From the NCBI GenBank assembly GCA_002687735.1, contig NZBD01000016.1, forward strand, positions 1 through 55,863: 55,863 nt of DNA. The letters run 5' to 3'. Shown one piece after another: positions 44,504 through 53,139 of this stretch (position 1 is its first letter; each line of letters opens with the position of its first letter). The translations under genes and the position numbers were made by a program. Source of the DNA: Candidatus Iainarchaeum sp. GTDB lineage: Archaea > Iainarchaeota > Iainarchaeia > Iainarchaeales > Iainarchaeaceae. The notes beneath the pieces are model-generated. The model had not been told where the DNA came from. It did not search any database and saw only the letters and a list, made by a program, of their open reading frames with translations.

Positions 44504-45070
44504 ATGAAAGCGCTCGTACTGGTTTTAGGTTTGATTCTAATTGTTTCTGGTTGTACACAGCAGGCACAAGAGCAAAGTGATTTGGATGACGGCCAATCAC
44601 TTGTATCAATTGAAAACAGCGAAGTTTTAGAGGGGGTTAATGAAATGGCAGTTGAAAACGGAGATACAATAAAAGTAGAATATGTGGGAACTTTCCCGGA
44701 CACTGGTGAAGAGTTTGATAAGAGCGAAGGAAGAGGGCCATTAGAGTTTGTTGTTGGTACTGGAATGATGATTAAAGGATTTGATGCAGCAGTTGTTGGA
44801 ATGGCACTTAACGAAGAGAAAACAGTTCAGATTCCTCCTGAGGATGCTTATGGAAAATCTGGAGAAGGGCAGACTGTTGAGGTGCCTGTTGAACAAATAC
44901 AAACAGGAGAAGAAGAAATTGCAGTAGGAACTTCTGTATTTTCAAGCAATGGCCAGCAGGGGAAAGTAACAGCAATAACTGACGGTGTTGCAACAGTAAT
45001 GTTTGAACATGCATTAGCGGGAAAAACATTACAATTCTGGATTAAAGTGGTAGACATCCAAAAGGGTTAA
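44504..45070 (+). CDS. FKBP-type peptidyl-prolyl isomerase, SlyD-like with insert-in-flap domain, carrying a lipoprotein-type signal peptide
   Basis: The ATG at 44504 gives MKALVLVLGLILIVSGCTQQ. The FKBP core is VEYVGTFPDTGEEFDKS...GMMIKGFDAAVVGM. The C-terminal part is EHALAGKTLQFWIKVVDI. A TATA-like box lies about 33 nt upstream. Confidence 0.85.
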   Translation: MKALVLVLGLILIVSGCTQQAQEQSDLDDGQSLVSIENSEVLEGVNEMAVENGDTIKVEYVGTFPDTGEEFDKSEGRGPLEFVVGTGMMIKGFDAAVVGMALNEEKTVQIPPEDAYGKSGEGQTVEVPVEQIQTGEEEIAVGTSVFSSNGQQGKVTAITDGVATVMFEHALAGKTLQFWIKVVDIQKG

Positions 45071-45102
45071 AATCACTTTTCTACTAATTTTTTTAGATAA
45101 AA

Positions 45103-45513
45103 ATGACTGAATGTGTTTTTTGCAAAATAGGCAAGGGGGAAATTACCCCCAAAAAAATTTACGAAGACCAAAATATAATAGCTTTTTTGGATATTTTTCC
45201 GGCAGCAAAAGGACACTCTTTAGTGATTCCAAAAAAACATTACGCTACTTTGCTTGACATTCCTGAAATGGAACTGAAAGAATTAATTCAGATTGTTCAA
45301 AAAGTTGGGGCTGCAGTAATGAAAGCAACTCAAGCAGATGGTTTTAATGTTTTACAGAATAATAAAGAAGCAGCCGGGCAAGCTGTACCGCATTTACACT
45401 TTCACATTATCCCCCGATTTAAAGATGATGGTTTGAAGCTTGCTTTAGGTTCAAAGCAAAGTGAAGAAAAGGAACTTGTGCATTGGGAAAGTCTAATCAA
45501 AGAACACATTTAA
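45103..45513 (+). CDS. HIT-family (histidine triad) nucleotide hydrolase
   Basis: CVFCKI... and the histidine triad HLHFHIIPR. Confidence 0.9.
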   Translation: MTECVFCKIGKGEITPKKIYEDQNIIAFLDIFPAAKGHSLVIPKKHYATLLDIPEMELKELIQIVQKVGAAVMKATQADGFNVLQNNKEAAGQAVPHLHFHIIPRFKDDGLKLALGSKQSEEKELVHWESLIKEHI

Positions 45514-45659
45514 TGATAAGCAATTGTTCTGTTTAATTTTTTTTCAACAGGTTTAGCACCGCTTCCATAATGTTCATGAATAATATGGTTTTCAGCTTCC
45601 TTTCTGGCATAGAGCATACTTACTCCAAATTTCTTTCCGCAAACAGGACACATATACAT
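45510..45659 (-). CDS. small (49 aa) C2H2-like zinc-finger protein
   Basis: GGGAGGT lies upstream of the ATG at 45659. The sequence is MYMCPVCGKKFGVSMLYARKEAENHIIHEHYG. The ORF track shows a longer 65-aa version. Confidence 0.55.
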   Translation of the reverse strand: MYMCPVCGKKFGVSMLYARKEAENHIIHEHYGSGAKPVEKKLNRTIAYH

Positions 45660-45780
45660 CTCACTACCTCCCTTCTCAGGAGGTTCCAAAATCAGCAAAT
45701 TAACCAAACTAATGATAATCTATTCTTTTTCCATCACCATGAGGCGAGGGTTTAAATTTGAAAAAATCCTTTTGAATAAA

Positions 45781-47166
45781 ATGCCCCAAAAAGCAATAGA
45801 GGACACAGGCACAAGAACAAGACTAAATAAAGCAATAAGTCTTAAAGAAGCAACTATTTATGGGATAGGAGTAATTCTCGGGGCAGGAATTTATGCTCTT
45901 TTAGGAGAGGCTTCAGGAATCGCAGGAAATGCAACCTGGCTTTCGTTTGTAATAGGTGCAATAATAGCTTCCTTTACTGCATTGAGTTATGCGGAACTGA
46001 GTTCTATTTTTCCAAGGGCAGCAGCAGAATTTGTTTATGTGAAAAATTCAACAGGATCATTCTTTCTTGCATTCATTGTTGAGTATATTGTTTTTCTTTC
46101 ATTAATTTTTAGTGCAGCGGCGGTATCATTCGGTTTTGGAGGCTACTTAAACAGCTTGGTCGGAAGCAATATTCTTTACACTGCAGCAGTTGTGATTATT
46201 TTACTTTCAATACTGAATTTTAAAGGAATTAAAGAATCTGCAAGGTTCAACATTATTTCAACATTTGTCGAGGTTGGAGGATTGGTACTCATCATTCTTC
46301 TCGGATTAAGTTTTGTCGGAAGTGTTGATTATTTTGAGGTTCCGAACGGAGTGAGCGGAGCAACAGATCTGGGAGAATTATTCATTCCAATTTTTGGAGC
46401 AACCGTGTTAGTGTTTTTTGCGTACCAAGGTTTTGAGGAATTGGCAAACCTTACAGAAGAAACACAGGAGTCAAAGAAAAATATTCCAAAAGCAATGCTT
46501 ATAGCATTGGCAATAACCACAATCCTTTACATACTTGTTTCAATAGTAGCGGTTAGCGTGGTTAATTATGCTGAGCTTGCAGAAAGTGCCGCACCCCTTG
46601 CAATGATTGCTGAAAGAGCAGGGGGATCTGGAATGGGGCAATTGCTTGGATTAATAGCATTGTTCGCAACAGCAAACACTGTTCTGATTTTGCTGATTTC
46701 TTCATCAAGAATGCTTTACGGAATGTCAGCACAGGGAGCAATTCCAAAATTATTTTCAGAGGTGCATGAAAAAACAAAAACCCCGATGTTTTCAATTGCA
46801 TTCTCAGCAATAATTGCAATAATATTCCTTGTCTTTGTGAATGACCTGAGAGATTTAGCAATGTTAACCAACATGGCTATATTTTTGAGTTTCTTTTCGG
46901 TTAATGCATCACTTATTTTAATCAGATTTTCAAAGAAAAAGTATGAAGCTGGTTTCAGGGCTCCGTTCAATATTGGAAAGCTTCCAATAACCGCTGTTCT
47001 GGGTTGCCTGTCAAGTTTGATAATGCTGCCACAGCTATTACAGCCAATGATCATTTTAGGAATCGAGCTCCCGATAATACTTTTTGGAGGACTGATAATG
47101 GTTCTGGGAATCCCGGTTTATTACTTTGGAAAAAGCAGACAAATAGACCCAATACTTGGCAAATAA
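45781..47166 (+). CDS. APC-superfamily amino acid permease
   Basis: 12-TM architecture with GIGVILGAGIYALLGEA near the N-terminus. The ATG at 45781 is the preferred start. Confidence 0.88.
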   Translation: MPQKAIEDTGTRTRLNKAISLKEATIYGIGVILGAGIYALLGEASGIAGNATWLSFVIGAIIASFTALSYAELSSIFPRAAAEFVYVKNSTGSFFLAFIVEYIVFLSLIFSAAAVSFGFGGYLNSLVGSNILYTAAVVIILLSILNFKGIKESARFNIISTFVEVGGLVLIILLGLSFVGSVDYFEVPNGVSGATDLGELFIPIFGATVLVFFAYQGFEELANLTEETQESKKNIPKAMLIALAITTILYILVSIVAVSVVNYAELAESAAPLAMIAERAGGSGMGQLLGLIALFATANTVLILLISSSRMLYGMSAQGAIPKLFSEVHEKTKTPMFSIAFSAIIAIIFLVFVNDLRDLAMLTNMAIFLSFFSVNASLILIRFSKKKYEAGFRAPFNIGKLPITAVLGCLSSLIMLPQLLQPMIILGIELPIILFGGLIMVLGIPVYYFGKSRQIDPILGK

Positions 47167-47210
47167 GCAGATAGTAAGTAATTTATACTTCTCCAGAGTT
47201 GATTTTATTC

Positions 47211-48146
47211 ATGGATGAAAAGATGCAAAAAACATTAGTAAATGTACTTATCCTTGTTGTGTTATTGTTTGGATTATTAGTTGTGCTTATTTTTACAGGA
47301 ATACTTGGATGCAACAGTGTTCCTTTTGGTTGTGATGCATATTACACTATTTTGAAAGGCGGACAACCTTCAATACTAATTGCTTACGGAGCAAATGGTT
47401 TAGGGAATTATGAAAAACTTGAAGCTGTTTTAAGCGACAGAAGCCTTGTGAATGCGAGAGCAAGGGCAATGAGCATTGATAAGCTATCGCAGGGAAACGT
47501 AAATGATTTTGATTTGATAATAGTGGAGGAGGCAAAACAGATATGCTCTGACAAACTCAAAATGTTCCAGAATTATGTAATCAAGGGAGGCCGCTTAATC
47601 TGGACTGCAGATGCAGGAACTGAATTATGTGAAGAGGATTCTTATTTGTTAGAATCAGAAAGGGAAGTTGATGGTGAAGAAGTTCCTATTGGACCTTGGG
47701 CAAGAAGAGATGGCTCCAAACAACTTTCTTTTGACGAATTTTTAGGGGTAAATTTCAAGGGGAATGTTTGTGACTTAACAGAATGTACTCCGGGAGAGGA
47801 AATTGGCAGAATAGAAGTTCTGGATGATGAACATAAATTAACTTATGGTTTAAGCCCTTCAATCCCTTACTCTGGAAACTTTTCAGTTGTAAAAACAAAC
47901 AGTTCAGGAACAACAACAATTGTATCAATAATAGATTATGGATTTGACTTTTTAGCAACACCAAGCGGACAGCCATGGTTAAGCGAGGAAAGAACTAACT
48001 TTGGCAAAAACCTTCCGTTCATTATTACAAGCGGTGTCGGGGAAAGGGTTGCTTATTACGCCGCACCAATAGAAAGCTTTGTGGAAGGAGAACAACCATA
48101 CAAAGCAATGATAGAACAATTGTATTATGGGATGTTATATAATTAG
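47211..48146 (+). CDS. hypothetical N-terminally anchored extracytoplasmic protein
   Basis: One TM helix (LVNVLILVVLLFGLLVVLIFTGIL) followed by a ~270 aa soluble domain. No motif recognised. Confidence 0.6.
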   Translation: MDEKMQKTLVNVLILVVLLFGLLVVLIFTGILGCNSVPFGCDAYYTILKGGQPSILIAYGANGLGNYEKLEAVLSDRSLVNARARAMSIDKLSQGNVNDFDLIIVEEAKQICSDKLKMFQNYVIKGGRLIWTADAGTELCEEDSYLLESEREVDGEEVPIGPWARRDGSKQLSFDEFLGVNFKGNVCDLTECTPGEEIGRIEVLDDEHKLTYGLSPSIPYSGNFSVVKTNSSGTTTIVSIIDYGFDFLATPSGQPWLSEERTNFGKNLPFIITSGVGERVAYYAAPIESFVEGEQPYKAMIEQLYYGMLYN

Positions 48147-48155
48147 TGAATTATT

Positions 48156-48623
48156 ATGGTACATTTCAGAATTATTTCAAAAGTTAGAGAGAAACTTTTG
48201 AAAATAAAAAAAGATTTAGATAAAAGACAGCCAATACATGAAGCTCATGCAACTGCCAAAGGAAAAGATCCCCTTTTTGTTAAAACTCTATTTTTTATTA
48301 GCAGGGAAGGAAGATCACATAGAGTAATAATTAATGAAGCTTTAAATCAAGCAGGAATTGATCCGCAAAACCCAAGAAATAAAAAAACTGTTAGAACAGT
48401 TCATGATATTGCACAGGAACTTGGAAAAATAGATGCGCTTAAAAGGGATGGATTAATTTCTGAAGAAGAATATGAAAACGGACTTTTAGAAAATAATCAA
48501 AAATTTAAAGAATTACTAACTCCATTAATCGGGAAAAACGGAATCACAAAATTCAGAGAATATATAATTTCATTTTTTGAAATAAAAAGGCAATTACCAT
48601 TACACGAAAACAGACAAAATTAG
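48156..48623 (+). CDS. hypothetical basic protein (orphan)
   Basis: 155 aa ORF tightly packed between neighbouring genes. No recognisable family. Confidence 0.5.
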   Translation: MVHFRIISKVREKLLKIKKDLDKRQPIHEAHATAKGKDPLFVKTLFFISREGRSHRVIINEALNQAGIDPQNPRNKKTVRTVHDIAQELGKIDALKRDGLISEEEYENGLLENNQKFKELLTPLIGKNGITKFREYIISFFEIKRQLPLHENRQN

Positions 48624-48625
48624 AA

Positions 48626-49417
48626 TTATTTTTTCTTTCCGCCCATTTTTTCAAAAGCTCTGAGTACCTCTAATGGAACTGCAAACACAACAGTATTACT
48701 TTGATCAGAACTCAGATCATTAAGAGTGTTTAAAGTTCTTAAGTGCATTGCACCAGCGGAAGCACTAAGTGTTTTTGCTGCTTTGGCAAGATTATTGGAA
48801 GCAACAACTTCCCCCTCAGCTTTAATAATAACAGCTCTTTTTTCTCTTTCAGCTTCAGCCTGCTTAGCCATTACTCTTTTCATATCCTGAGGCAGTTCAA
48901 CATCCTGCATTTTAATATTAGTAATGTCAATTCCCCAAGCATCAGTTTCAACATCAACCAATTTTTTTATCTGGGAACCTATTTCTTCTCTTTTTGTAAG
49001 AACAGTATCAAGGGTTGATGCACCCACAATATCCCTCAAAGCAGTCTGAGCTAACTGTGCAGTTGCAAAAATATAATCTTGAATATCCAGAACAGCCTTT
49101 GCAGGATCTTTAACTTTGAAATAAATAACCGCATTAATATTAACCGGAACATTATCCTTAGTCATAACCTCTTGTTTTGGAACATCAATTGTTTTGATCC
49201 TGATATCTACCTTCCTATAACCCTGAATAATAGGAATAAGGAAATTAACCCCCGGATTCATGATCCCGGCATATTTACCAAGAGTGAATTTTACTCCTCT
49301 TTCATACTGAATTATAATTCTTACAAAAAGTACAACAAAACCAACTAACAGAACAACCAGCCAGAAACCGCTGAAAAGAATAAACCCTATCGTCCCTAAA
49401 ACATCTAAAGCCATCAA
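48626..49417 (-). CDS. SPFH/band-7 (stomatin/prohibitin-like) membrane protein
   Basis: N-terminal TM helix, then IIQYERGVKFTLGKY...DVPKQEVMTKDNVPVNINAVIYFKV...AEAEREKRAVIIKAEGE. Confidence 0.9.
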   Translation of the reverse strand: MMALDVLGTIGFILFSGFWLVVLLVGFVVLFVRIIIQYERGVKFTLGKYAGIMNPGVNFLIPIIQGYRKVDIRIKTIDVPKQEVMTKDNVPVNINAVIYFKVKDPAKAVLDIQDYIFATAQLAQTALRDIVGASTLDTVLTKREEIGSQIKKLVDVETDAWGIDITNIKMQDVELPQDMKRVMAKQAEAEREKRAVIIKAEGEVVASNNLAKAAKTLSASAGAMHLRTLNTLNDLSSDQSNTVVFAVPLEVLRAFEKMGGKKK

Positions 49418-49443
49418 ATCACTACTATTATTGTGTTACAAGC

Positions 49444-49453
49444 ATATTTAAAA
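49444..49453 (+). promoter_or_regulatory. TATA-like ATATTTAAAA about 35 nt upstream of tRNA-Arg
   Basis: Sequence and spacing. Confidence 0.45.
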
Positions 49454-49483
49454 GTTTGTCCATAGCCAATTCCTAACGTGTAT

Positions 49484-49558
49484 GGATCCGTAGCTCAGCC
49501 TGGATAGAGCATCTGCCTTCTAAGCAGAGGGTCGCGAGTTCGAATCTCGCCGGGTCCG
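49484..49558 (+). tRNA. tRNA-Arg (anticodon TCT); no encoded CCA
   Basis: Acceptor stem GGATCCG/CGGGTCC, D-arm GCTC-AGCCTGGATA-GAGC, anticodon stem TCTGC/GCAGA with loop CTTCTAA, T-arm GCGAG-TTCGAAT-CTCGC. Confidence 0.92.
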
Positions 49559-49680
49559 CTCTCCGTTTGCGTCCGGAGGTAACGCAGAGGTCCAACCCCT
49601 TGTTTGCAAGGGGTTATAACGCGACAAATGAATCTGTCCTACCGAAGGTGGACGCGTACCCCACAGCCGCAACTGTGGCT
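49559..49680. ncRNA. GC-rich structured element B between tRNA-Arg(UCU) and the argS promoter
   Basis: Hairpins at 49594-49615, 49636-49653 and 49661-49678. It is homologous to element A. Confidence 0.4.
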
Positions 49681-49727
49681 TTCTAAAAGCATTAAATAGC
49701 TAATTACACTCAATATAAGTGATAAAA

Positions 49728-51419
49728 ATGGATTTCAGAAAAGAATTATTAAAAGCACTTTCAAAAGCAGGAATCAAAAAACCTGAAGAATTACTGGAGC
49801 AGCCGCCACAAAGAGAAATGGGAGATTATGCTTTACCCTGCTTTAGGCTTACAAAAGAATTCAAAAAAAGCCCTAACGAAATCGCTTCTGACTTTAAAGA
49901 AAAAATCAAGCTTCCGAAAGCATTTACAAAAGCAGAAGCCAAAGGCCCTTATTTAAATTTCTTTTTAGACGAAAAAACTTTCGCAAAAAACACAATTGAA
50001 AAAATTCTCAAAGAAAAAAACGCGTATGGTTTGGAAAAAAAGAAAGGCCCGAAAATAATTGTGGAATATTGTCAGGCAAACCCGATGAAAGCATTCCATA
50101 TAGGACACATAAGAAACATTTGTTTAGGAGAATCGATTTCCAGAATTTTTGAAGCAAGCGGAGTAAACGTTTCAAGAGTTAATTACGGCGGGGATGTTGG
50201 ACCGCATGTAAGCAAAACACTTTATGCTTATCAGAATCTGAACAAGAAAAAAATACCTGAAAAAATAGAAGAAAAAGGAGCATGGTTAGGAAACCTTTAT
50301 ACCCAGGGAGCCAAAGCAGTAAAGGAAAACCCTGAATTAGAACAAAAAATGCGGGACATGGTTGTTGAGTTAGAGGCAGGAAACAAAAAACTTGTGAAAG
50401 ACTGGGAAAAACTCAGAAAAATGAGTTTAGGTTATTTTGATACGATTTATGACAGCCTGAACACTAAATTTGATAATATTATTCTTGAAAGCGAAGTTGA
50501 AAAAGAAGGGATAAAAATTGCAAAACAACTCCAAAAAGAAAAATTTGCATATGAAGATGAGGGAGCATTACTTGTTGATCTTACAAAATATAACCTTGAA
50601 AAATTCCTAGTGTTAAAAAGTGACGGAGCAGCCCTTTACTCAACTAAGGATATGGCTTTAGCAAAGATGAAAAAGCAAAAGCTCAAAGCAGACAAAACCT
50701 ACAATGTGGTTGGTTCTGAACAAAAGTTTTATTTCCAACAGCTTATCAAAACAATATCCTTAATGAACAAAAAGAAAAACGAGTTCTGTGAAACAAAACA
50801 TGTTTCTTATGAGCTCGTAAGATTAGAAGGTGGCAAGATGGCTTCACGAGAAGGAAACGTGATTACTTATGCTGAATTATTTAACACGATTTTTGAAAAA
50901 ACTTACAAAGAAACAAAATCCCGTCACAAAGACTGGAGTGAAAAGAAAATCTCAGAAAACGCAAAACAAATAGGTTTAGCAGCAATCAAATTCGGAATGT
51001 TGGGACATGACAAGAACAAAGTTATTATTTTCAACTGGGAAAAAGCAACAAGTCTAGAAGGGGAAACAGGACCGTTTATACAGTATAGTTATGCAAGGGC
51101 AAAAAGCATCTTAAAAAAAGCTAAAAAAACAAAACCAGGATCATTCAGTTTAACCCATGAAAAAGAAAAAGGGCTTGTGTCAATTTTAGCAAATTATGAA
51201 AATAAAGTAAAAGAAGCAAAAGACAGTATAAGCCCGCACAAAATCGCTTATTATCTTATTGAATTGGCTTCAGCATTCAATTCTTTTTACCATGAAGTAA
51301 GGGTTCTGGATGCAGAAGAAAAACTTATAGGGGACAGGGTTGCTTTAGTTGAATCGGTATCTCAAGTATTGCAAAATGGGATGGATTTGCTTAACATTAA
51401 AGCCATTGATGAAATGTAA
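49728..51419 (+). CDS. argS: arginyl-tRNA synthetase
   Basis: HIGH-type motif NPMKAFHIGHIRN, KMSK-equivalent GKMASREGN, and a C-terminal anticodon-binding domain. TATA-like GCATTAAATAG lies about 35 nt upstream of the ATG at 49728. Confidence 0.93.
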   Translation: MDFRKELLKALSKAGIKKPEELLEQPPQREMGDYALPCFRLTKEFKKSPNEIASDFKEKIKLPKAFTKAEAKGPYLNFFLDEKTFAKNTIEKILKEKNAYGLEKKKGPKIIVEYCQANPMKAFHIGHIRNICLGESISRIFEASGVNVSRVNYGGDVGPHVSKTLYAYQNLNKKKIPEKIEEKGAWLGNLYTQGAKAVKENPELEQKMRDMVVELEAGNKKLVKDWEKLRKMSLGYFDTIYDSLNTKFDNIILESEVEKEGIKIAKQLQKEKFAYEDEGALLVDLTKYNLEKFLVLKSDGAALYSTKDMALAKMKKQKLKADKTYNVVGSEQKFYFQQLIKTISLMNKKKNEFCETKHVSYELVRLEGGKMASREGNVITYAELFNTIFEKTYKETKSRHKDWSEKKISENAKQIGLAAIKFGMLGHDKNKVIIFNWEKATSLEGETGPFIQYSYARAKSILKKAKKTKPGSFSLTHEKEKGLVSILANYENKVKEAKDSISPHKIAYYLIELASAFNSFYHEVRVLDAEEKLIGDRVALVESVSQVLQNGMDLLNIKAIDEM

Positions 51420-51452
51420 GGCACTTAAATTAATTTCTACTGCATTTATATT

Positions 51453-53138
51453 ATGGGCGATAGCTTCAAAAAAGAGTTGACTGATCTTAAAAAAACAATA
51501 AGAAAGTTCCATCCTAAAGCAGACCTATCCATGGTGGAAGAAGCATTCTACTTTTCAAAAAATGCCCACGAAAAACAGTTCAGAGCATCAGGAAAACCTT
51601 ATTTTACACACCCTTTAGAAGTAGCAAAAATACTTGCGGGAGAAGGCCTTGATAAAGTAATTATAAGTGCAACACTTTTACATGATGTTATTGAGGACAC
51701 AAAAGCAAGTAGAAAAGAAATTGAATCTCTTTTTGGAAAAAAAGTATCCGCTCTGGTGGAAGGAGTAACAAAACTCGACATGTTGTCATTTAAGTCAAGA
51801 CAGGAGTACTCAACAGCTGCAATAATAAAAACAATAATTGCTGCATCCAAAGACCTGAGAGTATTAGTGATAAAAATATTTGACAAACTCCATAATATGA
51901 GAACAATTAAATATTTGCCAAAAGAAAAACAAAGAAGAATAGCAAGTGATATTCTCAGCATTTATGTTCCGCTTATCCATAAATTAGGTATGCATGAAGT
52001 AAAATATGAGTTGGAAGAAATTTCATTCAAAATTTTAGAACCAAAAAAATACAAAAAACTGAAAAGACTTATTACTAAGGAAAGAAAAAAGAAATTAAAA
52101 GAAGTTTATAAAGCTGCAGAAATTTTAAAGAAAAAATTCCAGAAAGAAAAATGGGAATTTTCACACGAAACAAAATCTATCTACTCACATTATTCAAAAA
52201 TAGTTGGAAAAAACAAAGAAATCAGCGAACTAAACGATTATGCAATACTTAAAATATTTGTAAAAAACAAGTATGACTGTTATACTGCAATGGGTAAAAT
52301 ACACTCATTATTCAAACCTATACCTTATAAAATCAAAGATTTTATTGCAATACCAGAATACGGCATTTACAAAGCATTACACTCACAAGTCATCGGGCCA
52401 ATGAAAAAACCACTTAAAATTTATATAATAACAAGAGAACTTGATGATATTGGTGAAAAGGGAATTGTGAGTTACTTAAAAAATAACCAGCTAGAAGAGT
52501 TCAATAAATTTTCAGAATCATTGCCAAAGCTAAAAACCCCTTCTATTAAAAATAATAAACAACTGGCTGAAACAATGGATCTGGAGTTTCACAATAATAC
52601 AATGCTTGTATTTACAACTAAAGGAGAATCACTGACTCTCCCTCCAGAATCAACAGCCCTTGATTTTTCATACTTTACAAATGAAAAAAATTCATATAAA
52701 GCATCTGCAGCAAAAATAAACGGAAAATTAGTCCCCTTATGGAAGCAACTTAACACTGGAGACCGAGTAAAAATACTTTACTCTAATACAAGCCACCTTA
52801 ACTCTAGTTGGCTTAGTTTTGTTAATTCAGACAAATCAAAAAACTTTATAATGCATCAACTGGAAAAGAAACGAAAATCCAGTAAGAAAACGGGGGAAAT
52901 TGCAAGAATAAGAATAGAGGCTATTGACAGACCAAAATTAATAATGGATCAAATAATAATTTTAGCAAAAAATGGTTTGGACATAGAAACATCAATCTCA
53001 AGAATGAACGAAGATAGCACTACTTGTTATTCAGAATTTTTTATCAGAGATAAAAATATTAAAAATCTTCAAAAAGTAGTTCAGCAGCTCAAAGAATTAA
53101 AGGAAACTCTAAACGTTAACTTATCCTACACTAAATAA
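51453..53138 (+). CDS. long RelA/SpoT homolog (HD hydrolase - synthetase-like - TGS - ACT); synthetase motifs look degenerate
   Basis: The HD domain GKPYFTHPLEVAKIL...LLHDVIEDT...DKLHNMRT resembles bacterial Rel closely. The synthetase-like region is ETKSIYSHYSKI...DYAILKIFV...YKALHS...LKIYIITRE. The TGS-like region is MLVFTTKGESLTLPPESTALDF. Confidence 0.85.
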   Translation: MGDSFKKELTDLKKTIRKFHPKADLSMVEEAFYFSKNAHEKQFRASGKPYFTHPLEVAKILAGEGLDKVIISATLLHDVIEDTKASRKEIESLFGKKVSALVEGVTKLDMLSFKSRQEYSTAAIIKTIIAASKDLRVLVIKIFDKLHNMRTIKYLPKEKQRRIASDILSIYVPLIHKLGMHEVKYELEEISFKILEPKKYKKLKRLITKERKKKLKEVYKAAEILKKKFQKEKWEFSHETKSIYSHYSKIVGKNKEISELNDYAILKIFVKNKYDCYTAMGKIHSLFKPIPYKIKDFIAIPEYGIYKALHSQVIGPMKKPLKIYIITRELDDIGEKGIVSYLKNNQLEEFNKFSESLPKLKTPSIKNNKQLAETMDLEFHNNTMLVFTTKGESLTLPPESTALDFSYFTNEKNSYKASAAKINGKLVPLWKQLNTGDRVKILYSNTSHLNSSWLSFVNSDKSKNFIMHQLEKKRKSSKKTGEIARIRIEAIDRPKLIMDQIIILAKNGLDIETSISRMNEDSTTCYSEFFIRDKNIKNLQKVVQQLKELKETLNVNLSYTK

Positions 53139-53139
53139 T

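Noticed and set aside
43924-49680. Elements A and B as split-tRNA halves, or as two RNAs that hybridise in trans through modules X and Y
   Set aside because: Neither element contains D-arm, T-arm or anticodon-arm sequences. Because X and Y occur in the same 5'-3' order in both partners, with no linker in B, both duplexes could not form at once.
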